From an uncultured Gammaproteobacteria bacterium (GTDB lineage Bacteria > Patescibacteriota > Microgenomatia > UBA8517), in the NCBI GenBank assembly GCA_964645605.1, contig CAZYCE010000003.1:57135-121134 (forward strand): DNA of 64,000 nt. Direction: 5' to 3'. The stretch's first letter is position 1; every line of letters starts with the position of its first letter. Both the position numbers and the translations under genes were made by a program. The notes under the pieces are model-generated. The model worked only from the letters and a program-made list of their open reading frames with translations, was not told where the DNA came from and ran no database searches. This document shows, piece by piece, positions 38,576-47,719 of this stretch.

Positions 38576-38857
38576 CTAACTCCAAGTTGTCAGAAAGTAG
38601 CGGATATATTCCGATTGTCTGACACCGTCTAAATGGCTTTGGATTACCTCAGTTGTGAGCAGTAATGGTTTTTTGTTAGTATAATCACTGAATTTACCTC
38701 CTTTTGCCTTAAATTTGTTGTATTCAGTCCAGTCCACTTCGTATACTGGACTGTAACCGCTTTTTCCGTCTTTTTCCCAACGTCGGGCGTAAACATCATT
38801 TCTACCTCTGAAAAGAGATATAAATAGTTGGATTTGATCAAAAGTAGTTTTACCCAT
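38576..38857 (-). pseudogene. Truncated, frameshifted N-terminal fragment of a TOTE-type primase/helicase
   Basis: LFRGRNDVYARRWE..GKSGYSP; after HLDG the family-typical QTIGIYPLL continues in another frame and then ends. Confidence 0.65.
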
Positions 38858-38978
38858 TGTCTATATGCCTGATTGTACCAAACGGTATCACTTTTCCCAT
38901 TTGGGCTTATGGCTTTGGAAAAATTCGGAAAGTGGCACTTGACAAAAAGTAGCACTTTCTGTAAAGTTATAGTTGCAT

Positions 38979-40157
38979 ATGTTCTACAGGCGCAAAATTT
39001 ACACAGAGCTTTTTTCTCACGCTCAAACTTCTCTCGTAACAGTCCTTACAGGCATGAGAAGGACCGGTAAAACTACCCTAATTCAGCAGCTTCTTTTGGA
39101 TATTCCCAACAAAAACTCGCTTTATCTTGATTTACAACGTCCCGATAATCGTGAGCTTTTCAATCAAAAGAACTATGAAGCAATCCGGGAAGCGTTTATT
39201 GCCAGAGGAATATCTGCTGAAGAGCCAATGGTCATAGCTCTAGACGAAATCCAATTAGCGCCGGAAAGTCCAAGTGCAATCAAATATCTATCAGATCACC
39301 ATAAAATCAAATTTATTGTTACTGGATCAAGTTCATATTATCTCAAAAATTTGTTTTCCGAATCTCTGTCCGGAAGAAAAAAGCTCTTTGAATTATACCC
39401 ATTAGACTTTGGAGAGTTTTTAACTTTTAAAAATATTTCTTTTTCTCAAACTAATTGGTCAAAGGGAACATTTAATGTTTCGGAGTTTAACCGTCTTTCT
39501 TCATATTACGAAGAATACGTCCGTTTTGGAGGTTTCCCCCAAGTGGTGCTTGCGGAGTCTGAGAACGATAAACGGGATTTGTTGTCAGATATTATGTCAT
39601 CTTATGTAAATATTGACATTCGCTCACTTGCTGACTTTTCAGATGAACGCAATTTGTATTCACTTGCCAAGCTTTTAGCCGAAAGAATTGGTAGTAGAGT
39701 GGAGTATTCCAAGTTATCGAGACTTACGGGAATATCCCGCCCAACTGTTACTAATTATATCTCTTTTTTTGAGAAGACTTATTTAATTAACACTATTCCT
39801 GTTTATACAAAAAGTGTTGATAGAGAAATCGTAAAATCCAGAAAACTTTATTTTTGCGATACTGGGCTTGCTAACATTCTGGCGGAACTTTCGAGCGGAG
39901 CCCAATTTGAAAATACCCTTTTTAATCAACTAGCCAGAATTGGACGAGTTCAATATTTTGCTCTCAAAACTGGGCATGAAATTGATTTTATATTAAATGA
40001 AGATCTGGCAATTGAAGTAAAAGAAACCCCTTTGGAAAATGATCTAACACATTTATCTCACATGGCAACCAGGGCCAAAGTACCAAACTTCAAACTTGTT
40101 GGGAGGTATCAATCTCCAAAGTTTACAAATTATGCGTGGGCAGGGTCAATATTGTAA
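38979..40157 (+). CDS. AAA+ ATPase (AAA_14 + DUF4143)
   Basis: GMRRTGKT, LDEIQ, VTGSS, GGFP, KLYFCDTG, EIDF..IEVK. Confidence 0.9.
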   Translation: MFYRRKIYTELFSHAQTSLVTVLTGMRRTGKTTLIQQLLLDIPNKNSLYLDLQRPDNRELFNQKNYEAIREAFIARGISAEEPMVIALDEIQLAPESPSAIKYLSDHHKIKFIVTGSSSYYLKNLFSESLSGRKKLFELYPLDFGEFLTFKNISFSQTNWSKGTFNVSEFNRLSSYYEEYVRFGGFPQVVLAESENDKRDLLSDIMSSYVNIDIRSLADFSDERNLYSLAKLLAERIGSRVEYSKLSRLTGISRPTVTNYISFFEKTYLINTIPVYTKSVDREIVKSRKLYFCDTGLANILAELSSGAQFENTLFNQLARIGRVQYFALKTGHEIDFILNEDLAIEVKETPLENDLTHLSHMATRAKVPNFKLVGRYQSPKFTNYAWAGSIL

Positions 40158-40172
40158 TACGGGTAATCCCGT

Positions 40173-40478
40173 ATACTACCCCTTGTGCGACGTATTCATA
40201 AGTAGGTCTAATTTAACTGACATAAACTAGTCGTTTCTGGCTCACAGAAAAGGGATTCGAACAGAGGTTTTTCGAGGGTAAACAACCGTTATAATCCTCG
40301 CTTTTGAAAATAGCACTATTGGAGGAAAACAAGGTCTTTTCGAGGGGACCGGGTCACTGAGGCTGCAAATGCTTGCTGAGCATCTCGGTCTAGTCTCATT
40401 CTATCCCATTTCTCAAAGAGAAGACATCTCGGGCTTCATCACATAACTCGTGTCTTACCCCAAGGCTAAATGAGACAG
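40173..40478 (+). repeat. Most complete copy of the dispersed intergenic repeat family
   Basis: Starts with ATACTACCCCTTGTGCGACG (exact copy at 54779-54798); 40266-40378 matches 44551-44663 with 5 mismatches by eye; ends ccaaggctaaatgagacag. Confidence 0.8.
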
Positions 40479-40555
40479 CATAAAAAGAAAATCATTCTCG
40501 AGTTGGGCTGGAACTTGCTCGATTTTGTAGACAGAAGTCAAAAGACCCATTAAAA

Positions 40556-40590
40556 TACTTAGCATTGCTAATATTTAGCATATTTAATAT
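40556..40590. promoter_or_regulatory. MarR-type operator palindrome (TTAGCATTGCTAA plus a degenerate second copy)
   Basis: Inverted repeat overlapping the promoter of the marR-family gene. Confidence 0.6.
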
Positions 40591-40603
40591 ATAATAGGGA
40601 TTT

Positions 40604-41098
40604 ATGGACAGTCTTACATTACAAACAAAACAAATGAGCAAACTCCTACCCAAGATTGTTAGAGACCTGCGGATAGCTCGTCTAATTGATGAAGTAAAAC
40701 CGGGCTTAACTACATCTCAATTAATGATTCTTTTAATTTTAAAGGACACAAAAGGTGTTCCACTCCCTGTGGGAAAATTGGCTCAGGAGTTGAGCGTTTC
40801 TTTTCCATCAGTCAGTGGGATTGTTGATAGATTGCATAAAGAGAAACTTATTGAAAGAAGTCATAGTAGGAAGGATCGTCGCTTGGTGCTTGTGAAATTG
40901 ACAGATACGGGGAAAGACATCGTTGAAAAATTACTAAACGATTTTGAGAAACTCTTGTTTAATGTTCTTGAGAAAATGCCCGAAACAGAGCGGCGAACAG
41001 TCATGAAAGCGATTGAAAAAGTTTTCGAGTTTTCGGCCGCTTTATCTAAAAATGCTTATAACAAAGGGTCATCTTTATCAGAGGCGGATATAGATTAA
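40604..41098 (+). CDS. MarR-family transcriptional regulator
   Basis: LAQELSVSFPSVSGIVDRL; DRRLVLVKLTDTG. Confidence 0.92.
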   Translation: MDSLTLQTKQMSKLLPKIVRDLRIARLIDEVKPGLTTSQLMILLILKDTKGVPLPVGKLAQELSVSFPSVSGIVDRLHKEKLIERSHSRKDRRLVLVKLTDTGKDIVEKLLNDFEKLLFNVLEKMPETERRTVMKAIEKVFEFSAALSKNAYNKGSSLSEADID

Positions 41099-41120
41099 AA
41101 GGACCTTTATTTTATATAAA

Positions 41121-41828
41121 ATGAGCAAATCTCCTTCCAAACAAAAAGATCTACCCTACCATATTTGTTTTATTGTTGATGGTAATCGCCGTTGGGCAAA
41201 AGAAAAAGGCTTACCCGCATTTATGGGTCATAAAAAGGGTGCGGAGCGAATAGAGGAAATTGTCAAATACGCTCAAGACTTGGGTATAAAAATTGTTACT
41301 GTTTATGCTTTTTCGACCGAGAATTGGAAAAGATCTGAAAAAGAAGTTTCCTATTTAATGAACCTTTTTGAAAATTTTGCCATCAATAAAATGAAAGACG
41401 CGGAAAAACTGGGAATGAAAATAAGAGTTTTGGGCAATCTTCAGGATCTTCCTCTATCTTTACAAAAAGTTTTGAAAAAGGGAATGAAACTGACCGAGAA
41501 CAATCAAAAAATGATTGTCAATGCCGCCTTAAGTTACGGAGGTAGAGACGAAATTACCAGAACCTTCCGTAAATTGACAGTTTTAGGAGTTAAACCTGAA
41601 GAAATCACTGAAGATTTGATAAATCAAAACTTAGATACAGCCGGTTTACCCGATCCGGATTTTATTATCAGAACATCAGGTGAGCAGAGGCTTTCTAATT
41701 TTCTTCCCTGGCAAGCCACTTATTCAGAACTATATTTTCCTAGAGTCTATTGGCCGGACTTTGACAAAAGGCAGCTTGACATTGCCATTTTAGAATTTCA
41801 AATGCGCCAAAGGAGGTTGGGAAAATAA
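41121..41828 (+). CDS. uppS: Undecaprenyl diphosphate synthase (cis-prenyltransferase)
   Basis: DGNRRWA, YAFSTENWKR, IRTSGEQRLSNFL, WPDF. Confidence 0.93.
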   Translation: MSKSPSKQKDLPYHICFIVDGNRRWAKEKGLPAFMGHKKGAERIEEIVKYAQDLGIKIVTVYAFSTENWKRSEKEVSYLMNLFENFAINKMKDAEKLGMKIRVLGNLQDLPLSLQKVLKKGMKLTENNQKMIVNAALSYGGRDEITRTFRKLTVLGVKPEEITEDLINQNLDTAGLPDPDFIIRTSGEQRLSNFLPWQATYSELYFPRVYWPDFDKRQLDIAILEFQMRQRRLGK

Positions 41829-43271
41829 ATGAAAACGAGAAGTATTTTTTATAAATACCCCAAGCTTTACATAAATGGCCTCAAGTGGATTCATAAAAGC
41901 AATTTTGCCAAACGTTATCAATATATGGCCGGTTTTGCCAAAAAAAACGATTTAGTTCTGGAACCTGCCTGTGGACCGGCAACATTGGCAGATTATCTTC
42001 CCAAAAGAGTTAAATATTGCGGCTTTGATACTAATAAGGAATTTATTAACTATGCCCTCAAAAAACATTTGGATGTCTTTCTGGGAAATGTTCTTGACCC
42101 AAAAAATTATTGTCAGGCAGATGTGGTTATTGCTTGCGATATTCTTCATCATTTGAACCCAGATGATAGACAAAAGTTTATTAAAAATTGTTTTGCATCT
42201 TCCAGAAAGGTGTTTATCATTTGCGAACCGGGAAAGAATAACGGGAAAAGAAATGGCGCTTTTTACTCTTTGAGGAAACGTCTGGCAGAGTGGAGCGAAA
42301 AAGATGGTACCGGAAATTTTAAGACCGAATATTTTTTAACCCGTAGCCAACTTCTTGGTCAAATTGAGTATGGTTTTGGCATCATTCCTTCATCGGTCGA
42401 AAGAAAAACTAAAAACTTTGGGGAAGATGTTGTGGCTGTCTTTTTCAAAGATAATAATTATTATCAAGAATTAAAAACGCAAAAAACCATTTCTGCTATT
42501 GTTCCTGTTTTTAATGAAGAAAAGACCGTTGCGGGTGTAATCGAGGTTCTATTAAAAAATCCTTTAATAAACGAGGTCATTTGTATAAACGACGGTTCTA
42601 CCGATAAAACCTTGATGGTTTTGGAGGATTATAAAGATAAAATTCAACTGATTAACTTTGATAAAAACAAAGGGAAAAGTTACGCTTTGGTTGAAGGAAT
42701 AAAGAGAGCTAAAGGAGAAATTGTCTCCTTTTTTGACGCCGATTTAACCAATCTTTCTGATGGTCATATAAATACCCTTCTCGAACCAGTTTTAGAAAAC
42801 AAATTTAGGGCCGTCTTAGGACATCCGTCAAATGGATGGGTGCCTGACGTTTTCTCAAACTTGACCGGTGAACGGGTGTATTACAGAAAAGACTTAATTC
42901 CTCATCTTGAAAAAATGGCTAAAACTAGGTTTGGGGTGGAAATTTTTTTGAATAACCTTTTTTCTGAAGAGGAAACAAAAAAGATTCCCCTTAAAAAGTT
43001 AAGAGGACTTTATAAATATGAGAAACGCAATTCAACAAATGCTTTTAAAGAATATCTTGGCGAAGCAGTAGAGATCGCTCAAGAAATTGGCAAAAGAGAA
43101 GGTTTACTCCCAGGGGACTATCAAATTATTGCCCAAATTTCCAAAGTAACTAATTTTAAAGAGTTAAAAGCTAAAATAGAAAATATTTCAAATAAAAATG
43201 TTCGACAATTTTTCGAAAAATATGTCTTGATATACATAAAAATTGCCCAACACTGGTGGAGTAATTTTTGA
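41829..43271 (+). CDS. Class I methyltransferase - GT2 glycosyltransferase fusion
   Basis: N-terminal VLEPACG..DILHHL; C-terminal IVPVFNEE, NDGSTD, FFDAD. Confidence 0.8.
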   Translation: MKTRSIFYKYPKLYINGLKWIHKSNFAKRYQYMAGFAKKNDLVLEPACGPATLADYLPKRVKYCGFDTNKEFINYALKKHLDVFLGNVLDPKNYCQADVVIACDILHHLNPDDRQKFIKNCFASSRKVFIICEPGKNNGKRNGAFYSLRKRLAEWSEKDGTGNFKTEYFLTRSQLLGQIEYGFGIIPSSVERKTKNFGEDVVAVFFKDNNYYQELKTQKTISAIVPVFNEEKTVAGVIEVLLKNPLINEVICINDGSTDKTLMVLEDYKDKIQLINFDKNKGKSYALVEGIKRAKGEIVSFFDADLTNLSDGHINTLLEPVLENKFRAVLGHPSNGWVPDVFSNLTGERVYYRKDLIPHLEKMAKTRFGVEIFLNNLFSEEETKKIPLKKLRGLYKYEKRNSTNAFKEYLGEAVEIAQEIGKREGLLPGDYQIIAQISKVTNFKELKAKIENISNKNVRQFFEKYVLIYIKIAQHWWSNF

Positions 43272-43286
43272 GATATCAGGTTTGAA

Positions 43287-43452
43287 ATTACCCTTTGTGC
43301 GATTTCTCTGGACCGCGAGCGCATCGTCCGAACGTTTTGGTTTCAAAACAGCCATTTTGAAGGTGTTATTGGGCTATTCCAGGCTTCACGGTCACACGGG
43401 CGCACTGCTTGGCTGAGTATCATGTCTAGACAGGTTTAGACTCATAAGTAGG
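43287..43452 (+). repeat. Degenerate copy of the dispersed intergenic repeat family
   Basis: attaccctttgtgcga...cgagcgcatcgtccga...ttttgaaggtgttattgggct...cggtcac...ttggctgag. Confidence 0.7.
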
Positions 43453-43503
43453 AAAGTGTATTGTGTAATTACAGGTATACATTACAACTTCTTCTATTTC
43501 TTT

Positions 43504-43667
43504 TGCAACAAGACATCAATCCCAACACAAAGGTTTGGGATATTAGAGACTATGCGAGATATGTTCTAACAAACAAAAACATTGAAGAAAAACGGGAGTT
43601 ATTTAGCCTTTTCAATTATCCATTATTTATCCAAGACAAAAACGTTACTTCACTTCGAGCACATTGA
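43504..43667 (+). pseudogene. C-terminal remnant of a large serine recombinase
   Basis: QQDINP..WDIRDYARYVL..EKRELF aligns with QQNINP..FDFREYAKYTL..DKREII in the remnant at 57967-58508. Confidence 0.6.
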
Positions 43668-43682
43668 CAACAACCCACTGAA

Positions 43683-44501
43683 ATGGTTTGTTTGTTGATA
43701 TATAATTATTTTATAAATAAGACAATAAAAGGTAATCCTGTTCTGGCACAGATAAATACAATATCTGCATACTTGTGGTTTGTTTCAGTTATTGTTTTTT
43801 CTGTCTCCATCTTCACCCAAACTTTTGGATGGTTCGGACATGAATCTTGTACATGGTTACCAGATTGTGGTGACAATAAATTGCTGGTTTGGACATTAAT
43901 TTCTCTTGGTTTGGGAATTTTATCATTTATTGTTATGTTAATTTCTGGCATTTTAAGAAAAGTGCTTAAGGGGCAAAAATGGAACGCACCGTTTAGAATC
44001 GGTGCTGGGAAGATTTCTATTCTAGCAATTTTTGTCTTAATGATCTCGCTTGCTTATTTTGTGATTATGGGTAGGATGGTGCAGGGTACTGATTCTACGT
44101 TAGATGGTCAACACATTTGGGATGCCGTCAACGTCTACAGGAAAGAAAATGGTGTTTCTGAATTACAGCAAAACGAACTTCTTTGCAATAATCTTGTAGC
44201 AAGATGGAAGCAATTTAACGAAGAAAACAATCATGATGGTTTTGAGCCCTGGTTAAAAGAATATGTCTATCCATTCGATACTTCTCACAAGTTAAAATCA
44301 GTTGCAGAGGACTACGTGGGAGGTATTAAAACAGCTGCTGGAGCCATAGTTAAATGGAAAGAATCACCAGGACATAACCTTTCACTTCTTGATCCAAAGT
44401 ACAATATTGGTTGTGCATATGCAGGAACAATACCCGGGACGGGAGGAATAGACACTGATTACGGTACTGCGATCATTATTTTAGGCGAACTTCAAAAATA
44501 G
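43683..44501 (+). CDS. Membrane protein with a C-terminal CAP/SCP domain
   Basis: About 3 TMs; VNVYRKENG, HDGF, WKESPGHNLSLL; start codon uncertain. Confidence 0.75.
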   Translation: MVCLLIYNYFINKTIKGNPVLAQINTISAYLWFVSVIVFSVSIFTQTFGWFGHESCTWLPDCGDNKLLVWTLISLGLGILSFIVMLISGILRKVLKGQKWNAPFRIGAGKISILAIFVLMISLAYFVIMGRMVQGTDSTLDGQHIWDAVNVYRKENGVSELQQNELLCNNLVARWKQFNEENNHDGFEPWLKEYVYPFDTSHKLKSVAEDYVGGIKTAAGAIVKWKESPGHNLSLLDPKYNIGCAYAGTIPGTGGIDTDYGTAIIILGELQK

Positions 44502-44550
44502 ATATTTATAAAGGACTGCTCATGGTTTTTGGAGAAAGGATCCGGATAGT

Positions 44551-44663
44551 GGTTTTTCGAGGGTAAACAACCGTTATAATCCTCGCTTTTGAAAATAGCA
44601 CTATTGGAGGAAAATAAGGGCTTTTCGAGAGGACGGGGTCACTGAGGCTGTAAATGCTTGCTG
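44551..44663 (+). repeat. Near-identical copy of 40266-40378 (dispersed repeat family)
   Basis: 113 bp with 5 mismatches by eye. Confidence 0.85.
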
Positions 44664-44715
44664 CTCGTGAGTGATTCTCACTACGGCTTCAACATTCAGG
44701 CGCCCACTTGACTTT

Positions 44716-44738
44716 AATCGTATCATTTTGATACGATT
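44716..44738. promoter_or_regulatory. Perfect operator palindrome AATCGTATCA-TTT-TGATACGATT in the fic promoter
   Basis: Lies between TTGACT (-35) and the start of an HTH-Fic gene; an extra half-site TGATACGA occurs at 44751. Confidence 0.75.
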
Positions 44739-44745
44739 ACTGTAT

Positions 44746-45801
44746 ATGAATGATACGAAACTTAACTCTCGCCAAAAACAAATCCTTGAGCTCATAGCAA
44801 AATCGAATGGTCTTTCCCGATTGCAAATTAAGGGAAAACTAGCTGACCAATTTCAGGCTTCTATTCCTACTATCGCACGGGATCTGACTTATTTGTTAAA
44901 AAACAAATTTATTATAGTCCATGGTGACGGTAGAAATACCAACTATTCTGGAATCAATGTTTCCCCTCTCCTTAAATATTTTGATATTGACCAATATTTT
45001 TCCGTTGGGCCAGATCAAAGAACTAATGTCAAGAAAAATTTTGATTTTGGCATATTTAATAATCTTACAAAGCTGTTTACTCCAGTAGAATTATCTGGTC
45101 TGGCTCGGATTTATAAGAATTTTGACACAGAAAGTAAAATTGCCAATAAAGATGTCTATTTAAAAGAAGTTGAGAGATTTGTTATCGAACTTTCTTGGAA
45201 ATCCTCAAAGATTGAGGGCAACACCTATTCTCTTCTGGATACGGAAACTTTAATCAAACAAGAGGTGGAAGCAGAAGGACACTCCAGAGAAGAAGCTGTT
45301 ATGATTTTGAATCACAAAAGTGCCTTTGAAATCATATTGGAAAATCGGAAAGACTACCGAGAAATATCTTTCTCTCAAATCACTCAACTTCACAATATTT
45401 TAGTAAAAGGTCTGAATGTTACGACTGGAATTAGAAAACAAGCGGTGGGGATTACAGGGACAGTTTATCAACCATTAAGTAACGAGTGGCAAATTCAGAA
45501 AGCTATGGACAAGTTTGTTATTGTTTTAAATCATTCTACCCATCCACTAGAAAAAGCTCTAATAACAATTGCTATGATTTCGTATATTCAGCCATTTACT
45601 GACGGAAATAAGAGAACAGCCAGAATGCTGGCTAACGCGGTTTTGCTGGCTAATGATTATTACCCACTTTCCTACAGGAGTGTGGATGAAACCTTTTATA
45701 AAAAGGCTCTGGTTTTATTTTACGAGCAGAACAGTCTCTATTATCTAAAGCAAATTATTTTGGACCAGTATAAATTTGCGTTAAACACTTATTTCAAGTA
45801 G
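44746..45801 (+). CDS. Fic-domain protein with an N-terminal DeoR-like HTH (start reassigned to MNDTKL)
   Basis: SSKIEGN inhibitory motif; QPFTDGNKRTAR variant Fic motif; TIARDL HTH. Confidence 0.88.
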   Translation: MNDTKLNSRQKQILELIAKSNGLSRLQIKGKLADQFQASIPTIARDLTYLLKNKFIIVHGDGRNTNYSGINVSPLLKYFDIDQYFSVGPDQRTNVKKNFDFGIFNNLTKLFTPVELSGLARIYKNFDTESKIANKDVYLKEVERFVIELSWKSSKIEGNTYSLLDTETLIKQEVEAEGHSREEAVMILNHKSAFEIILENRKDYREISFSQITQLHNILVKGLNVTTGIRKQAVGITGTVYQPLSNEWQIQKAMDKFVIVLNHSTHPLEKALITIAMISYIQPFTDGNKRTARMLANAVLLANDYYPLSYRSVDETFYKKALVLFYEQNSLYYLKQIILDQYKFALNTYFK

Positions 45802-46524
45802 TTTGATAAGTTTTTCCTCCCAGCCGAAACATGTTTTCCTCCCTTTCAAATTCCTAAATTCCTTTTTGCATTCGGGATCAATTTTTGCAAATTCGATGAG
45901 CACATCTATCACCTCTTCAATAAACCCCCCAACAGTTCCTTCAGAGTCGTCAACTCCACTCTGAAGTTTTTTATCCAGACGGAGTAAGAGCTCAATTATT
46001 AAATCTGTAGTTTGTACACTAATCGGCAATTTACTAATTAGTGTTGAAAGTCTATTAACACCTTCGGTTAAAGAATTCTGATATGCAAACCAAGTTTTTG
46101 AAGGCCCCGAATAATATTTAATAAAACTGATAGCGTAGGTTATTTCTTTCTTGATATTTTTTAACTCGTTGTTGGTTAATTGGCCAATATTTCCGCTGGC
46201 ACTTGGTTTAGTAATCTGAATCTTATCACCTGTCTTTATCTTCTTTCCCCTTAGAATTCCGTAAATTGCTGTAGCGACCATATGTTTACAAAGGGTGTTG
46301 TTTTGGCCCAAATAGCACTCACACATTCCTGAATCATATTTTTGAGTGGATACTGATACGCGGTAAGGTTGACTACCCAAGACCGTTGATATAAAAGTAT
46401 AACCGTTATCTTTGAACTCGGTCACCTTCCCACCTTCATACAAAATTATGGCTTTTTGAAAAGTGTCTTCGTCAACTCCGTACTTAATCTTTTCTAAATC
46501 GTATTTGGGAATTGTGAGAACCAT
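45781..46524 (-). CDS. SWIM zinc-finger protein
   Basis: CECYLGQNNTLCKH; GVDDSEG motif. Confidence 0.8.
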   Translation of the reverse strand: MVLTIPKYDLEKIKYGVDEDTFQKAIILYEGGKVTEFKDNGYTFISTVLGSQPYRVSVSTQKYDSGMCECYLGQNNTLCKHMVATAIYGILRGKKIKTGDKIQITKPSASGNIGQLTNNELKNIKKEITYAISFIKYYSGPSKTWFAYQNSLTEGVNRLSTLISKLPISVQTTDLIIELLLRLDKKLQSGVDDSEGTVGGFIEEVIDVLIEFAKIDPECKKEFRNLKGRKTCFGWEEKLIKLLEISV

Positions 46525-46591
46525 TTGATATCAACTTGTATTATATTCCAATAAGGATAAAAAAGACTGTCATACGGTCTTTATCCTGACA

Positions 46592-46725
46592 ACGAGCGTA
46601 CGGTACGAGAATTTGGTATTTAAAATAGCACTTTTGAAGGTATTGTTGGGCTTATTTAGGCATTACGGTCACTGGGGTGCCCTGTTTGGCTGAGCATCTC
46701 GGTCTAGGACCATTCGAGCCTATAA
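46592..46725 (+). repeat. Degenerate copy of the dispersed intergenic repeat family
   Basis: cgagcgtacggtacga...aaaatagcacttttgaagg...ggtcactg...ttggctgagcatctcggtctaggaccatt. Confidence 0.75.
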
Positions 46726-46746
46726 ACAATTATTTAAAAATTATTC

Positions 46747-47121
46747 TTACAACGAGTTTATATAGGTGGCAGCCACCAATAAAAATTCGGGATGTTCCTC
46801 GGTGACAAGATGGTCTCCAGGCAAATAAGGTTTTATACCATGCCCGACCATCGTCTTAGACAAAACCTCCTTAAGTACGTCTGCCTGGTTTTCACTTAAA
46901 TCTACATCTTTATTACATAATTCGAGTAATCTTAACTTCTCTCTGGCAGAAAGTTCCTGTAATTGTTCTGATACCTGTGTGTCAGTTATGGTTCCATCTG
47001 GGGGGATATTTCTAAACTTAATACCATCGGTAAATTTTCCCAACAGAGGTTTTTCGTTTTTTACTTGTGCATACTTCTCTGCAAAAGAAGTGTTTGCTAA
47101 TGCTTTTTCTTCGTTATCCAT
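46747..47121 (-). CDS. Hypothetical protein bracketed by repeat-family segments
   Basis: Strong SD GGGGGTGA; 124 aa. Confidence 0.65.
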   Translation of the reverse strand: MDNEEKALANTSFAEKYAQVKNEKPLLGKFTDGIKFRNIPPDGTITDTQVSEQLQELSAREKLRLLELCNKDVDLSENQADVLKEVLSKTMVGHGIKPYLPGDHLVTEEHPEFLLVAATYINSL

Positions 47122-47191
47122 TTTATCTCACCCCCTTTCCTTAAAAATTTCATCTTGGTTCGTAAATTGAGACTGAGCTCGTTTTATTTGC

Positions 47192-47294
47192 TTGGCTGAG
47201 CAGTGTGGTCTCGGACCATTCAGACCCATAACTGATTACTCCAAGTGTATCACACTCGAGGCTAAATGAGACAGATGAGACACTATAAAAAGGG
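47192..47294 (+). repeat. 3' part of the dispersed intergenic repeat family
   Basis: ttggctgagca..ggaccatt..cataact..gaggctaaatgagacagatgagacac. Confidence 0.75.
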
Positions 47295-47413
47295 AATGTC
47301 TTAAATAACAGACCTGATGTAGTTTGATATACTAACTAATTCGGGTATGTTTCATTACAATTTAAGTACAGCAATTAATAGCAAGAATTAGAAAACGTGA
47401 GTAAAATATAGCT

Positions 47414-47704
47414 ATGACAGTTGAGTTTGCTGATAAATATAGGCAAAAGCAAATAGAAGAATACAGCCTGATTTTTAAAACTTACCCGGAGCTTAAAAAA
47501 ACTGCTCAAAAATACTGGGCTCAAGTTCAGGGTATGAATTCAAGACAGGAAAGAAAATTATTTGATGGCGTAGTTTTGGAAATCTCTAACCAATTATTAG
47601 ATAACACAGTATTCCTGGCAGCCATGGATCGGGAGGGAAAAGATCCTATAGAATGTGCTATAATTGAAAGCTTTTTTATGATAGACATTGTCCCAGATGT
47701 CTAG
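47414..47704 (+). CDS. Hypothetical protein
   Basis: TAAAAT-N6-ATG; apparently co-transcribed with the ABC-F gene. Confidence 0.6.
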   Translation: MTVEFADKYRQKQIEEYSLIFKTYPELKKTAQKYWAQVQGMNSRQERKLFDGVVLEISNQLLDNTVFLAAMDREGKDPIECAIIESFFMIDIVPDV

Positions 47705-47719
47705 TTTAAAGCTAAATAT

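Noticed and set aside
37160-40265. GTTCGAATC / GATTCGAAC T-loop-like words (37168, 37281, 38353, 40251; also 58526) as tRNA genes or att duplications
   Set aside because: No cloverleaf can be built, and they do not match the 3' end of the tRNA-Gln beyond the generic T-loop.
34609-47294. Dispersed repeats as a CRISPR array or classical integron attC sites
   Set aside because: Spacing is kilobases and irregular; no IntI tyrosine recombinase and no clear RYYYAAC/GTTRRRY-bounded hairpins were seen.
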